A stretch of 64,000 bases of DNA from Octopus sinensis (lineage: Eukaryota): contig NC_042997.1 of the NCBI RefSeq assembly GCF_006345805.1, positions 14,632,001-14,696,000 of the forward strand, read 5' to 3'. The notes under the pieces were generated by a model. It saw nothing but the letters and a program-made list of their open reading frames with translations. It ran no database searches and was not told where the DNA came from. A program made the translations under genes and the position numbers. Below, piece by piece: positions 1 through 14,200 of the stretch. Positions within the stretch are counted from its first letter, which is position 1. Every line of letters starts with the position of its first letter.

Positions 1-403
1 ACCAATCCTCAGTCAAATCGTCCAACCCATGCCAGCATGGAAAGCGGACGTTAAACAATGATGATGATGATGATGATGATGATGGACTTTCTGAAGATGA
101 CATATGAGAGTTCAGATTTTGCTAATTGACCTGCACAAATGAATTGTTGATAGTGATCAAATGTTTGTATTGTACATTAGCTCACTCTCTCAATCAAATC
201 AAGTTATTCAATTACATTGATCAAACATACTCAACTAGCTACTTTATTTCACTGACCCGGAAAGGATGAATGGCAAAGATGACCTCGGTGGAATTTGAAC
301 TCAGAACATTATGGACTGAAAGAAATACTTTAGAAGCATTTTATTCAACACTCTATCAATTCTGCTAAGTAAAATGGAGAAATAATGAATGATAATAGGC
401 ATA

Positions 404-768
404 GGAGTGGCTGTGTGGTAAGTAGCTTGCTTACGAACGACATGGTTCTGGGTTCAGTCACTCTGCATAGCACCTTGGGCAAGTGTCTTCTACTATAGCC
501 TTGGGCTGACCAAAGCCTTGTGAGTGGATTTGGTAGACAGAAACTGAAAGAAGCCTGTTGTGTGTGTGTGTGTCTGTGTTTGTCCCCACCAACATCGCTT
601 GACAACCAATGCTGGTGTGTTTACGTCCCCGTAACTTAGCGGTTTGGCAAAAGAGACCGATGGAATAAGTACTATGCTTACAAAGAATAAGTCCTGGGGC
701 CGATTTGCTTGACTAAAAGGCAGTGCTCCAGCATGGCCACAGTCAAATGACTGAAACAAGTAAAAGAG
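404..768 (+). mobile_element. tRNA-derived SINE with an internal microsatellite (GGAGTGGCTGTGTGGTAAG family)
   Basis: A/B-box-like head, (TG)n/(TA)n middle, tail ending GAAACAAGTAAAAGAG. Copies at about 8960-9374(-), 10912-11224, 19248-19615(-), 24356-24760 and 61551-61937(-), plus many fragments. Confidence 0.85.
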
Positions 769-1440
769 CAGAAGATAGGGTTAACAAAAAAAAAAAAAAA
801 CGATGACAATTAAAGGATATGAAATTTGGAGAGAGTTTAGAAAAGTACGTGACTAGGTCAGCTATTGACTATGGTCTGCGGGATGAGCAAGAATAGAAGA
901 GAGATGAGGAAGGATTTTCAAATAAGATATATGAAACTGAATATAAATTAAGAATGGGGTACAAAAAAATTTGGGGAAGGCAGAGTATTAGTTAAGGATA
1001 GGCATTTCATTAAAAGTTAGCCAATTGATTACTTATAATGATAATGATGATAGAAATATATACATCGTGGTATTGATAACAAAGTACCACCATTGCACTT
1101 TACCTTCGCCACTGCAGTCAGACAACAATGGGGATACAAATAAAGATACCGATCAAATTGATAACGGTGTTTACATTACAGAAGTACAAGGTCAAAGCAA
1201 ATGGTAGCATCAACTGCAATATTTGACTTCGAATAGTACTAATGGAAATAATGGTAATCATAAAAGTAACAATAAAACTGATAATAGTAAAGATATAAGT
1301 ATTAGTTTAAAAGTATTAATTTAGAAGTATTAATTTAGGATATGATAATAATAATAATAATGATAATGAGTTTATTGAATACAATATCACGATGCACTAC
1401 AACTTGTTGGAAAGAAAGGTAAAAAGCAGTAATTAAGTGA

Positions 1441-1548
1441 AGTGTTTGTTTGTTTGTTTGTTTGTTTGTATGTATGTATGTATGTATGTATGTATGTATG
1501 TATGTATGTATGTATGTATGTATGTATGTATGTATGTATGTATGTATG

Positions 1549-1579
<31 letters not shown>

Positions 1580-3065
1580 CGTATGTATGTATGTAACGTA
1601 CGTATGTAACGTACGTACGTATGTAACGTACGTACGTATGTAACGTACGTACGTATGTAACGTACGTACGTATGTAACGTACGTACGTATGTAACGTACG
1701 TACGTATGTAACGTACGTGCGTATGTAACGTACGTGCGTATGTAATGTACGTACGTATGTAACGTACGTATGTATGTAACGTACGTAATATACGTAACGT
1801 ACGTATATGCATATGTATGTATATATCCATATGTATGTATATATACATACGTATGTATATATACATACGTATGTATGTATACATATGTATGTATGTATGT
1901 ACATACGTATGTATGTATGTACATATGTATGTATGTACATATGTATGTATGTACATACGTATGTATGTATGTACATACGTATGTATGTATGTACATACGT
2001 ATGTATGTATGTACATACGTATGTATGTACGTATGTATGTGCGTATGTATGTATGTGCGTATGTATGTATGTATGTATGTACATATGTACATACATATGT
2101 ATGTATGTATGTATGTACGTATGTATGTACATACATATGTATGTATGTATGTATGTACATATGTATGTACATACATATGTATGTATGTATGTACGTATGT
2201 ATGTATGTACATACATACATACATATGTATGTACGTATGTATGTACATACATACATTGTATGTACGTAGTATGTATGTACATAGTATGTATGTACATACA
2301 TATGTATGTATGTATGTATGTACATACATAGTATGTATGTATGTATGTACATATGTATGTACATACGTATGTATGTATGTATGTACGTATGTATGTATGT
2401 ATGTACATACATACATACGTATGTATGTATGTATGTATGTACATACATACATAGTATGTATGTATGTATGTATGTACATACATACATATGTATGTATGTA
2501 CGTATGTATGTACATACATACATTGTATGTACGTAGTATGTATGTACATAGTATGTATGTACATACATATGTATGTATGTATGTATGTACATACATAGTA
2601 TGTATGTATGTATGTACATATGTATGTACATACGTATGTATGTATGTATGTACGTATGTATGTATGTATGTACATACATACATACGTATGTATGTATGTA
2701 TGTATGTACATACATACATAGTATGTATGTATGTATGTATGTACATACATACATATGTATGTATGTACGTATGTATGTACATACATACATACGTATGTAC
2801 GTACGTATGTATGTACATACATACATACGTATGTATGTACGTATGTATGTACATACATACATATGTATGTACGTACGTATGTATGTACATACATACATAC
2901 GTATGTACGTATGTATGTACATACATACATAGTATGTATGTATGTACGTATGTATGTATGTACATACGTATGTACGTATGTATGTATGTACATACATACA
3001 TACATATGTATGTACATATGTATGTATGTATGTCTATATGTATTTACGTACTATGTACATATGTA
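1441..3065. repeat. 1.6-kb compound (TTTG)/(TATG)/(TACG/TACA) simple-repeat array
   Basis: Direct reading; this array is the source of the stop-free 432-560 aa ORFs. Confidence 0.97.
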
Positions 3066-3070
3066 TAGTG

Positions 3071-3415
3071 AAGGCGCATGGCTCAGTGGTTAGAGCGTCG
3101 AGCTTACGATCGTGAGGTTGTGAGCTCGAATCCTGGACCGGGCTGCGTGTTGTGTTCATGAGCAAGGCACTTTATTTCACGTTGCTCCAGTTCACTCAGC
3201 TGTAGAAATGAGTTGCGACGTCACAGGTGCCAAGCTGTATCGGCCCTTGCCTTTCCCTTGGACAACATCGGTGACGTGGAGAGGGGAGGCCGGTATGCAT
3301 GGGCGACTGCTGGTCTTCCATAAAAAAACAACCTTGCCCAGACTTGTGCCTCAGAGGGTATCTCTCTAGGTGCAAACCCATGGTCAGTGCCTGACCGAAG
3401 GGGGTCTTTACCCTT
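3071..3415 (+). mobile_element. tRNA-derived SINE (GGCGCATGGCTCAGTGG head)
   Basis: A box TGGCTCAGTGG, B-box-like GCTCGAATCC. A 5'-truncated reverse copy lies at about 31758-32020. The central domain is shared with 6045-6735. Confidence 0.8.
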
Positions 3416-3546
3416 TACATATGTATGTATATATGTAATTTATGTATGTATGTGTTAACTACATTCAAGAGATGGAGCCTTGTATCCTTGTAGGAAACCA
3501 GCTCCCTCCTCAGTGAAAGATTTATAATGATTTAAAAAATGGAAGA

Positions 3547-3588
<42 letters not shown>

Positions 3589-3982
3589 TGCATATAAATG
3601 CCTACACATACACATAATTTCTCTGGTAAATTTCTTCAGTCATGCTTTACATCATATGAAATAAAAGAGAGATAGAGGAAGAGTTAACATATGAGGCGCA
3701 GGATGGCAGGAGGAGGAAGAAGAGCAAATGGTAGCAATTAAATGAGGAGCTACACAAATTAGAAATTTGTGTTATCTAATTTTATTTTCAGATAATAGAT
3801 ATTTTCTTTTGAAAATTGATATTCATTTTATCATTTTGTTTGGCATCAAGGAATTCGAAAAAACTTTATAATATAGTTATTGTTGAATGCCATATTTCCT
3901 GATATTACTCATTATGGCATGGATAGACTTCCAAAATTACCTATCATATGACAGGTAATGTTCCAGCATTATTATGTACGTA

Positions 3983-4405
3983 TTGGGTTGTCCGGAAAGT
4001 TCATGCCGACTTATTTTATAATGTGGTTGATTCCATAAAATAGGATTTGACTACACTTCCATTTAGAGCACAGTTTAAGCTATCTTTTCATGGAAGAAGG
4101 TTTATGTTCCTATAACCTGTATTAATTCTGTAACCCTTTAAAATGGAAGAGAAGAAAGTTCATTTTCGGCACTTGATGCTTTGGAAACCAGACAAAAATT
4201 GCTGCAGCTCGGCTAGGATGTGTTACCCCACCCTCCATATTCATCATATATTGCTCCTTTGGATTTCCACTTATTCAGGTCCCTGCGGAATAGTCGTAAT
4301 GGTAAAAATTTCAATTCTTTGGGTGACGTAAAAAGATATCTTGATGAATTCTTTGCCACCTCAATTCTGGGAAGAGGGTATTTTCAAGTTAAAGGAAAGA
4401 TGGAG
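3983..4405 (+). mobile_element. Second, 3'-truncated copy of the same mariner derivative
   Basis: TA-TTGGGTTGTCCGGAAAGTTC start; colinear with 37510-38075, including the same deletion junction. Confidence 0.85.
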
Positions 4406-4842
4406 ATGCATTGTATGCATACATAATACATATATGTATATGCACATACAGACATAATATATTTATAAACCCAGAGTTCTGCTATTTTGAGCTTCATCAA
4501 TAGCAAGTCATTGGCACCACATTCTAAGTGAAATGTCAGAAGCTAACTGATTTAGTAAAACTGATGTCGCATTTAGCCAGCAGGTTGAATGAAAATTCGT
4601 TATTAATGACAGTAACAATATCAGTTCAAATTAGCAATCTGCATATCATAATCAATACACATATACTGCTGAAAGCCTTCTAAACTGCACTTTACATCTT
4701 GAGAAAGCATCTCTTACAGACTATACTACACAAACATGATGATGGTGATGAGATAGATATGTAGAGAGAGAGAAAGGGAGACAGAAATATTTTTCCCCTT
4801 GGCTGTAGACCTTTACTTATCAAAATATTCTTATGATTGCAG

Positions 4843-4939
4843 ATATCCATCTTCTTCCAAAATCAATTTCTGGAAATATCAGCTCAGTGGTGCAGTGTGA
4901 AGAAGATAGAGGCTATGATTCAAAAGCTATCATCTCATT
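4843..4939 (+). CDS. nrf-6: NRF-6-like exon (IHLLPKSISGNISSVVQCEEDRGYDSKAIISL)
   Basis: ttgcag acceptor and gtaagt donor. Open frame whose terminal TT joins the G at 8720 to give Leu, in frame with IIISIFLL. Sequence similarity is weaker than for the later exons. Confidence 0.7.
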
Positions 4940-7900
4940 GTAAGTATTGCTAAATATTGAACTTTATGTCTGGAATTTATTGGTTCTAACATTTGAATTT
5001 CAGACAATTGTTACCTGAATTTTGGTTGTTGTGGTTGTTTCAATTGTTGTTATCTTTTATCTTCCTTTATTTGCTTCAGTCATTGAACTGTAACCATGCT
5101 GGAGCATAGCCTTGAAGACTCTAGTTGAAAAAATTAACCCCTCAATTTATTTTTAAATCTAATACATATTCTATCATTTTTTTTTTTGACCAAACTGCTG
5201 AGTTACAGGGATATAAGCAAAAGTATACATACATATTTATACGCACACACACACAGATGATGGATTCTTTTAGTTTCCATCTACCAAATCTACTCGTGAA
5301 GCTTTGCTGGACATTGTTGAAGAGCTGAAAACGAGGCAATTTCTACTCTTCTCCTCTGGAAGCCATCTACTCGCAATACCAGAGGGCGCACACTCTCCTA
5401 CACTGATGTACTCTCCAGGGATACAGGCATCCAGCAACAGGACATCCGTAATGCTATGATGAACCGTGAAGTCTGGCGTAGCATGGTAAATTCCATTGTC
5501 GAACAATGATGATGATGATTAAGCTTTTCTCAGCCCAAAACTATGATAGAAGATACTTAATGAGCTTGAACCCCAAAACTATGTTGTTGGGAAGCAAACT
5601 TCTTACCATACAGTCATGTCTGTGCCTTTGTTGAAGAGGAGTACTCCAAGACTTTTGAGATTGATATAACTGGTGCTTTTTCTGAACTCTTGCATTAAAA
5701 AACATGGCTAGGGATGTGCTAATGAGGGAACCTCTGGATAGACTCAGTCACCAAATCTGCCGCAAACCACATGCTGCTATCTTTTTAAAAAAGTAGGATG
5801 TATTGCCAAATGTAGTCCTAGAAACACTAATCCTGACATACAGACAGAAAATCTTAAGAATCCAGAATTCTCTAGTGTTGTCATAAAGGAAACAGACAGG
5901 CTTATTGTCTGAAGATAAAAGGACACTCATAGACACATGTTTTTACCTCAACAGGCAAGATTATACAGATTTAAATTAGACAGAAATTAACTAAGAGAAA
6001 TAACTCAGAGTAGCCAGTGGCATGTATTTTATCTACATAGACAAATTAGTATAGGAGCACTCCGTCGGTTGCGACGACGAGGGCCTCAGCTGATACGATC
6101 AACGGAACAGCTTGCTCATGAAATTAATGTGTAAGTGACTGAGCATTCCACAGACACGTGTACCCTTAACATAGCTCTCAGGGAGATTCAGAATGACACA
6201 GAGTGTGACAAGGCTGGCCCTTTGAAATACAGGTACTATTCATTTTTGCCAGCTGATTGGACTGGAGCAACGTGAAATAAAGTGTCTTGCTCAAGGACAC
6301 AATGTGCCGCCAGGAATTGAACTCACTACCTTACGATCATGAGCCGAATGCCCTAACCACTAAGCCACGCGATCTCATATACATACATACATACATACAT
6401 AGGATAGGAGCACTCCATCGGTTGCAACGACAAGGGTCCCAGCTGATACGATCAACGGAACAGCTTGCTCGTGAAATTAACGTGTAAGTGGCTGAGCACT
6501 CCACAAACACGTGTACCCTTAACGTAGTTCTCAGGGAGATTCTGGATGACACAAGGTGTGACAAGGCTGGCCCTTTTGAAATACAGGTACTACTCATTTT
6601 TGCCAGCTGATTGGAGTGGAGCAACGTGAAATAAAGTGTCCTGCTCAATGATACAACGCGTCGCCTGGAATTGAACTCACAACCTTACGATCATGAGCCG
6701 AATGCCCCTAACCATTAAGCCATGTGACTTCACACATAGACAAAATATAGGTATATTAAATACCATACTACATGAATTGATGATTTATCAAAATTATCTT
6801 TGCCTCTAGAAGATGTGTCACAATTCACAAAATGGTAACTGGAACTAGATCCATATGATAATGGGAGATGTGTGTTTTGATGCATGTGTTTTACCAGTCG
6901 TGTTTGCGTCATTTGTTTTGTTTTTTTTCTCAGCTGTTTTACATTTCCCCTGCCATCCCTCTCTGAGAATATGACATGATTTCCCCTATCCTACCCACAC
7001 TTAATCTTCATTTTTCTTTAATTCAATGAATTTCTAGTTTTCCTGTTCTTGCACAATTTTCCACCTACACATCAGACATCACAAAGAATTAATCTTCAAG
7101 AATTCATCTAATTCTATCAAAGCAGGATGGTAGTAATTTTCCTGCCTGATAAACTAAGCATGCTTATCAAACATTGAAATTAAGAATGGTTTTTCATATA
7201 TTCCTTCAATAATAGATTACAGCTATAATTTGAAGAAAAACATTAATTAAAAACAAATAGTTAGATAAATGGGAAAAAAAATAATCAATAATATATTTTT
7301 TCTGTTAAAGATACTAAAAAACTAAAAATTAATAAAAAATATTGTATTAAAAATTAATTCATATCCTGCCAAGTGTTTCACAAAGGAAATTAGGTTAAAT
7401 ATATTAGTTAAAATAGCACACCAAATGTTGAAACAAATGGGAAATAATATTATTTCAAGTAAAACATATATAAAAAAAGTCCAGCTTAAAGTACAGGCTG
7501 TATTTGTTTCTAAACATTATCATTCATTTATGAAAGCCAAATGTAACAGATCGCATTGTGAGATGAAAAAAGGAGAGAAAAAATTTCACTGGCCAAATGT
7601 AAAAATTCAGTGAGGAGGAGGAGGGGAAGATGATAATGGTGATAGGAGGAGGAGGATATTTTAGTCTGTTGATGTAGGAGTTACTCTTGATGCAATTTGT
7701 AGTTTAGTGAATCATCACCACCACCAACAGCAACAACAACACCATCGCCACCATGATCATAATTTTTAGATCTGTTTTTAGTGGTGATGGGGGGGGGGGG
7801 GTTCCAGTGTTGGCATGGGTTGGGTGAGATCTTTTAAGTCAGTATTCTATGACTGGATGTCCTTCTTTACACCAACCCTTACATGATTGCAAGTAAAGTA

Positions 7901-9165
7901 CTTCCTTCCACTCGTCTTTTGCATGTCAAACTGCTGCACTCCAGGACATATTATTTATGTGGGTCATAAACAAACTTCACTGTAGCCCAAGTGGTACCAA
8001 TAAGAAGACATATAGAAGCAAAAATACTCACACACACACACACACACACACATATATACAGTGGTTGGACAAAATAATGGAAACACCTTAAAATTTCAAA
8101 CAAATTTATTTTAATTGGCGTTAGGAAGGGCATCAAGCTGTAGAAACTCTGCCAGATCAAAATTGGAGCCTGGTGCAGCCATCTGGTTCATCAGCCCTCA
8201 GTTAAAATCGTCCAACCCATGCTAGCATGGAAAGCGGACGTTAAACGAGGATGATGATGATGATGATGATGGTGTAGGACAGCCTTTGGCAATAATTTCA
8301 ACTTGAATTCTACAAGGTATGGACTCGTACAAAGTTTGAATTGTTTCCAAAGGAATTTTTATCCATTCTTCAGCCAAAACAGTCTCCAGTTCTTGTAGTG
8401 ATGATAGTGGGGGATATCGACCCCTTATTTGTTTTTCTAAAATGCATCATAAATGTTCGATAATTTTGATATCTGGGGACTGTGATGGCAAGATAAGATG
8501 TTCAACTTCACTAGAATCTTCCTCGTGCCATTCAGCAACAACATTCCAGGCTCATATTCTGCCAAGGTCAACTTTGCCTTTTATCCTTTGGAATCTATAA
8601 ATTAAATACCAGTGAAACACTGGGATCGATGTAGTTGACTTGGCCCCTCCCCGCCAAAATTTCAAGCCTTGTACTTATAATAGAAAGGATTATTATTATT
8701 ATTTTCTTTTTTATTATAGGATTATCATCTCAATTTTCTTACTGCACATATTTCTGGGGACATTATATGATGTCCTTTTACAATCTGGGAAGTCCTCTTC
8801 AAATGCTGCTGCTCAGAATGGAATCAATAATTCTCTTCCAACTAGCACACAAGACGTTTCATTGAAAGAAAAAGAGGCTCATGTTAACTGCAATGGTACC
8901 AAAACTCCATCAAAAAGTGATGAGGAATTAGGTAAAAACATTATCTTATTTTCTTATACTTTTTCCAGTTGTTTCAATCATTGGACTGTGGCCATCCTGA
9001 AGCACTGCCTTAAAGAGTTTTCATCAAGCAAATTTATTCTGGTACTTGTTTTCTTTAATCCTGCTACTTATTCTATTGGTCATTTTTGCTGAACTGCTAA
9101 GTTTCAGACACATGCACAAGCCAACACCCATTGTCAGGCAGAAGGAAGTGGAGGTACCAACAGAA

Positions 9166-9204
<39 letters not shown>

Positions 9205-11223
9205 CATATATATATATGACAGGCTTCTTTCAGTTTCCGTCTAACAAATCCACTCACAAGGCTTTGTTCGGCCCGAGGCTATAGTAGAAGGCACTTGCCC
9301 AAGGTGTCACACAGTGGGACTGAACCCGGGACCATGTGATTCGTAAGCAAACTACTTACCACACAGCCACTCCTTCACACATATGAAGGGCTTCCACACA
9401 GTTTCTGTCAATCAAATTCCTCCTGCCAAATTCACTAACAGGGCATTTTTGTCAGCCCAAGACTATAGTAGAAGACACTAACCCAAAATACCACACCGTG
9501 GTACAGCCTGAAACCATTTGGTTGCAAAGTGAGCTTCTTAACCTCTCAGCCATGCTTGTGCCTTTGCATTCATTTCATTCATGTATTTGCATTGTTCTTT
9601 TTGCCAATCTCTAACTGTGGAGAGAACTTGTGGAAGAGGTACACCCAGGAAGACATGGGACAAGCTGGTGAAGCATGAACTCCGAATGTTGGGCTTCACA
9701 GAGGCAATGACTAGATACCTTTCACAATATGCTGTGCTTGAGAAGACCCATCAAGCCAAGTGAAACCGTAGTCATGACCAATGCTGGTCTCTTGTAACCA
9801 GCACCTGTGCTGGTGACGTGTAAAAAAACACCATTTGAGTATTGGACCTCATGGAGGCAACTGACACCTGTACTAGTAGCACATAAAAAGTACCTGTTGA
9901 GCATTGGGCCTCATGGAGGCAACGTGGTCGATGCCAGTTTTTGACTTGACTTGACTTGAGACAGCATTCACCCAGGGTGCGTTGAGCTGGCTTCATTCAT
10001 CCTCAATGCTGCATCTCTCACAAACGCCAACCAGGCCTGGCGATTTGAGGCTAATGACCGCATGATCTCCAACCACTCCTTATTCCAGCAGCAAATGCTG
10101 TAGACATGGGGGCCTAGGTTGGGTTCCAGATCAGCCTTGACTGTCATCAGCCAGGTTTTTCGTTGTCCACCACATTGCTTTCGCCAACCCTGAAAGGGAG
10201 CTGGGGCAATTACTTCATAGATGAATTCTCCTGGTTAACGACAGAGGGCATGTTATCAATCCATCGATGCCAGTGTTATGTAATTGGCACCCATGCTGGT
10301 GGGACATAAAATACAGATTTTGAGTGTTGAGCCTCACAGAGGCAATGACTAATGACCGAGGCCTTTGGCAATATGCCATGCTTGAGAAAACCCATCAAGC
10401 CAAGTGAAATCATAGTCATGACAGATACTAGTGTCATGCAACTGGCACCTGTGCCAGTGGCACATAAAATCACTCATTACATTCTTGAAGTGGTTGGCAT
10501 GAGGAAGGGCATCCAGCCATAGAAACCATGTCAAGCCAAATTTCAGTTTCCATCTATTGAATTCACTCATGAGACTTTAGTCAGCCCAGGGCTATAATAG
10601 GAGGCACTTGCCCGAAGTTTCATGCAGTGGGACTGAACTCAAGGCTACATAGTTCAAAAGCAAGCTTCTTAAACACACAGCCATGCCTGCACCTATCTCC
10701 CTCTCTCTCCCGCTCTCTCTCTCTCTCACACACACACACACATATATCTATCTATATACACACACATATATATATATATATACACATAAGCCTAATATTT
10801 ATATGCTGTTATCTATATCTTTATTTCCTTTGAACTTTACTATTCTCTCAAAGTTTCTAAATTTTTATAATGTCAACAATTTATATATGTATATATATAT
10901 ATATAGGTGTAGGCGTGGCTGTGTGGTAAGTAGCTAGCTTACGAACCACATGGTTCCAGGTTCAGTCCCACTGTGTGGCACTTTGGGCAAGTGTCTTCTA
11001 CTATAGTCTCAGGCCGAGCAAAGCCTTGTGAGTGGATTTGGTAGACGGAAACTGTCGTATATATGTATGCTGGTGTGTTTACATCCCTGTAATTAGCAGT
11101 TTGGCAAAAGAGACCAATAGAATAAGTACTAGGCTTACAAAGAATAAGTCCTGGAGTCGATTTGCTCGACTAAAGGCAGTGCTCCAGCATGGCCACAGTC
11201 AAATGACTAAAACAAGTAAAAGA

Positions 11224-11272
<49 letters not shown>

Positions 11273-14200
11273 TTGGACAAAATAATGAAAAACACCTTAA
11301 AATTTCAAACAAATTTATTTTGATATTGGGTAGGTCCGCCTTTGGCGGTAATTACAGCTTGAATTCTATGAGGTAAGGAATCGTACAAAGTTTGAATTGT
11401 TTCCAAAGGAATTTTTATCCATTCTTCAGCTAAAACAGTCTCTAGTTCTTGTAGTGATGATAGTGGGGGACCCCTTATTTGTTTTTCTAAAATGCATCAT
11501 AAATGTTTGATAATTTTGATATCTGGGGACTGTGGTGGCTAGATAAGATGTTTAACTCCACTAGATTGTTCCTCGTGCCATTCAGCAGCAACTTTAGCTG
11601 TGCAAATTGGTGCATTATCATCCTGAAAAATTGCATTTCCCTCCAGAAACAGTTCTGCAATCATAGGATGAATTTGATCAGATAAAATGCTTAAATAGTC
11701 TTGACTATTAATTCTGCCATGAAGGGAAACTATTGGGCCAGCGGATTTCCAAGATATAGCTCCCCCAGATCATCACAGATCTTCCTCCATGTTTAACAGT
11801 TGGAAGAAGGAAGTCTGGGTCAGATAATTCTTTTGGCTGTCTCCACATGTATACTTGACCAGTGGTTGGAAATAAGGTAAAGGATGACTCATTCGAGAAG
11901 ATAACATTCTTCCACTGCTCTAGGGACCAATTCTTTGCAACATTTGTTTTTAAAAGTAGTGGTTCTCTCATTGCAGCCGTCCCGTGAAGACTGGCTTCAT
12001 GCAGCTCCCGGCAAACAGTTTTTCTGGAAACTGGGTTCTCAAGGTGGTCATTAAGCTCTGCAGTAATTTTGGGAGCTGTACTTATGTGATCCTTTCTAAC
12101 AATTCACATAAGAGTCAGACAGTCCCTATGTGAAAATTTTGGTTTTCTTCCAGAGTTTTGTTTCAATGAGGAGGTTTTTCCCTCTTTCTCAAAGGCTATC
12201 ATTACTTTCAAAACAGTACTTCTTGATACACCAAACATTTGAAATGTTTTCATTACGCTAACACCTGTCATACTAGCACCAGCAATTTGACCTCTTTGCA
12301 AGTCCAATAGATCTGTCATTTTAATGAATTTTAATTACCTTTTTCTGACAATATCTGAAAAGAAACAGCAATTTTAGCAAAACTTATTAAGCAACGCTGA
12401 TAATAAATAAAAAGCATAAAATTAAAGACACTTTTGACAAAATAAACAAGCTTTTGATGGTTTTATAGATATTTCAAAATTATGATGCTATGATGCGAGA
12501 TGTTTCCATTATTTTGTCCAACACCTGTATATATGATGAGATGTTTATCAAGTTGAGATGTATGAGATGTTTACCAAGGCCAGGGAAATAGATGTAGAAG
12601 TTTGATAGAGGAGGATAGGGGGAAAGTATGTAAGGTGTGGCTTGTTAGTAAGTTATTGTTGAGAGAGTTTGTTTGGTTGGGAAGCAAGCTTCTTACCACA
12701 CAGCCACACCTGTACCTATAACATTATACATATTCACTAAATCACGCTCTCCTTATTTAATTCTCTTCACTAACAAATATATTTTTTTGTTTTGCAGATG
12801 CTGTATCAAAATTTCTCCTTACATTCTCTGTTTATAAGAATGCTAAAAAGTTGCTAAGTACAAATCAGCCAGATGGTACATTGACCTGTATACACGGCAT
12901 TCGATTCCTCAGCATGACCTGGGTCATATTAGGTCACACCTATATCTTTGGGATGCCAATTTGGAGTAAGTTTTTAACTTCATTTAACCTTTTCGTTACC
13001 AACCCGGCTGAAACCGGCTCTGGCTCTGAGTACATATGTCTTGTTTTCATATGTTTTGAATTAAAATCTTCCACCAAACCTTAGTCACAATTTATGTTCC
13101 TAAAACTAGCTGAATGATAGCTAAGTTATTTTACTAAATTCTTTGTTATATTTAAAGTAATTGAAAGAAACACAGAGCATATCAAAATAAATACAGCAAC
13201 AAAAGGGTTAAGACATAAACAAATTCTATTGAAATCTCAAGACCTTGAGCTGACCTGAAATATTCTAAAACAATATACAATTCAGTACAAGTTAATATGT
13301 AATATACTTTATATTTCTGTTTTGTATTTGGTTTCCAAGATACTTGATGCAAGCTTGTATATTTGATTTATTGACTAAATGGTTAATCAAACAACTTCTT
13401 AATTGATTAAACTAACTGACTAATAATAAAAAAGTGAAACAGAATCAAAGCAAGTGTTTATTATTAACATAATGACCCACCTAGGCAACAACAAAACCAT
13501 GTAGTTGTGTGTATCATAAAATAGTTACTTCCCTTCCTGTCACATAATTGTATCTATTTTCTTCAATGAAATAATAACAGATTTATAAAATAATTTGGCT
13601 AAAAATACATATGCCACAGACACAAGAAATATTCTTATTAAGGAGAACTCACTATGGAGTTCAGAAATATTAAGTTATATAAGTATACTTAAATCAACTT
13701 AAAATCAATATTTCTCATCAGTCACAAAATAAAATGTGTATTGGTTTTGCGTTCAATGATTTGGAGAGGTGAAAAATGAGTGCCACTCAAATAATGCATA
13801 GGACCTTCTCTGTTCTGAGTATTTGAGGGTACAATAAACAGTTTTTATAGCATTGAATTCTTAGTTATTACTACTTATTATCGGCTTCAGAATATTTATT
13901 TTCACCAAAGTAATAAAGTTTGACTAGATTGGCAACACTTTTGATATAGTTTACAAGATTTACTAAAGAATGCATGTCTTAACTGTAGTGAGTGCGCGAT
14001 TTGAATATAGAGGCACCTACCTTCTCTTCGTAGTGACGGAGACCCTCCAGAGATGACTAGTCCTTCCTCACAGCCCCGACCCGAACACTAACGATAGCAG
14101 CTGCTAGCCCAAACCCTTAGCGACGTCCTCGCATGTCTTGTCACCTCCACGACCCACGTTGGAAAGGGCGATTTCCGCTCGCTGCGCACGCCTGACAGCT

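Noticed and set aside
1335-3093. Overlapping 432-560 aa ORFs on both strands (YVCM/HTYI repeats)
   Set aside because: These are translations of a TATG/TACA microsatellite that lacks stop codons in several frames; no protein signal.
3071-3145. tRNA-like sequences here and at about 27452, 50197 and 51808
   Set aside because: A/B boxes only. They do not close a cloverleaf and continue into SINE bodies, so they are not called tRNA genes.
3792-3954. Possible extra upstream NRF-6 exon (ttttcag...acag|gtaatg)
   Set aside because: The frames needed to join exon 4843 contain stop codons.
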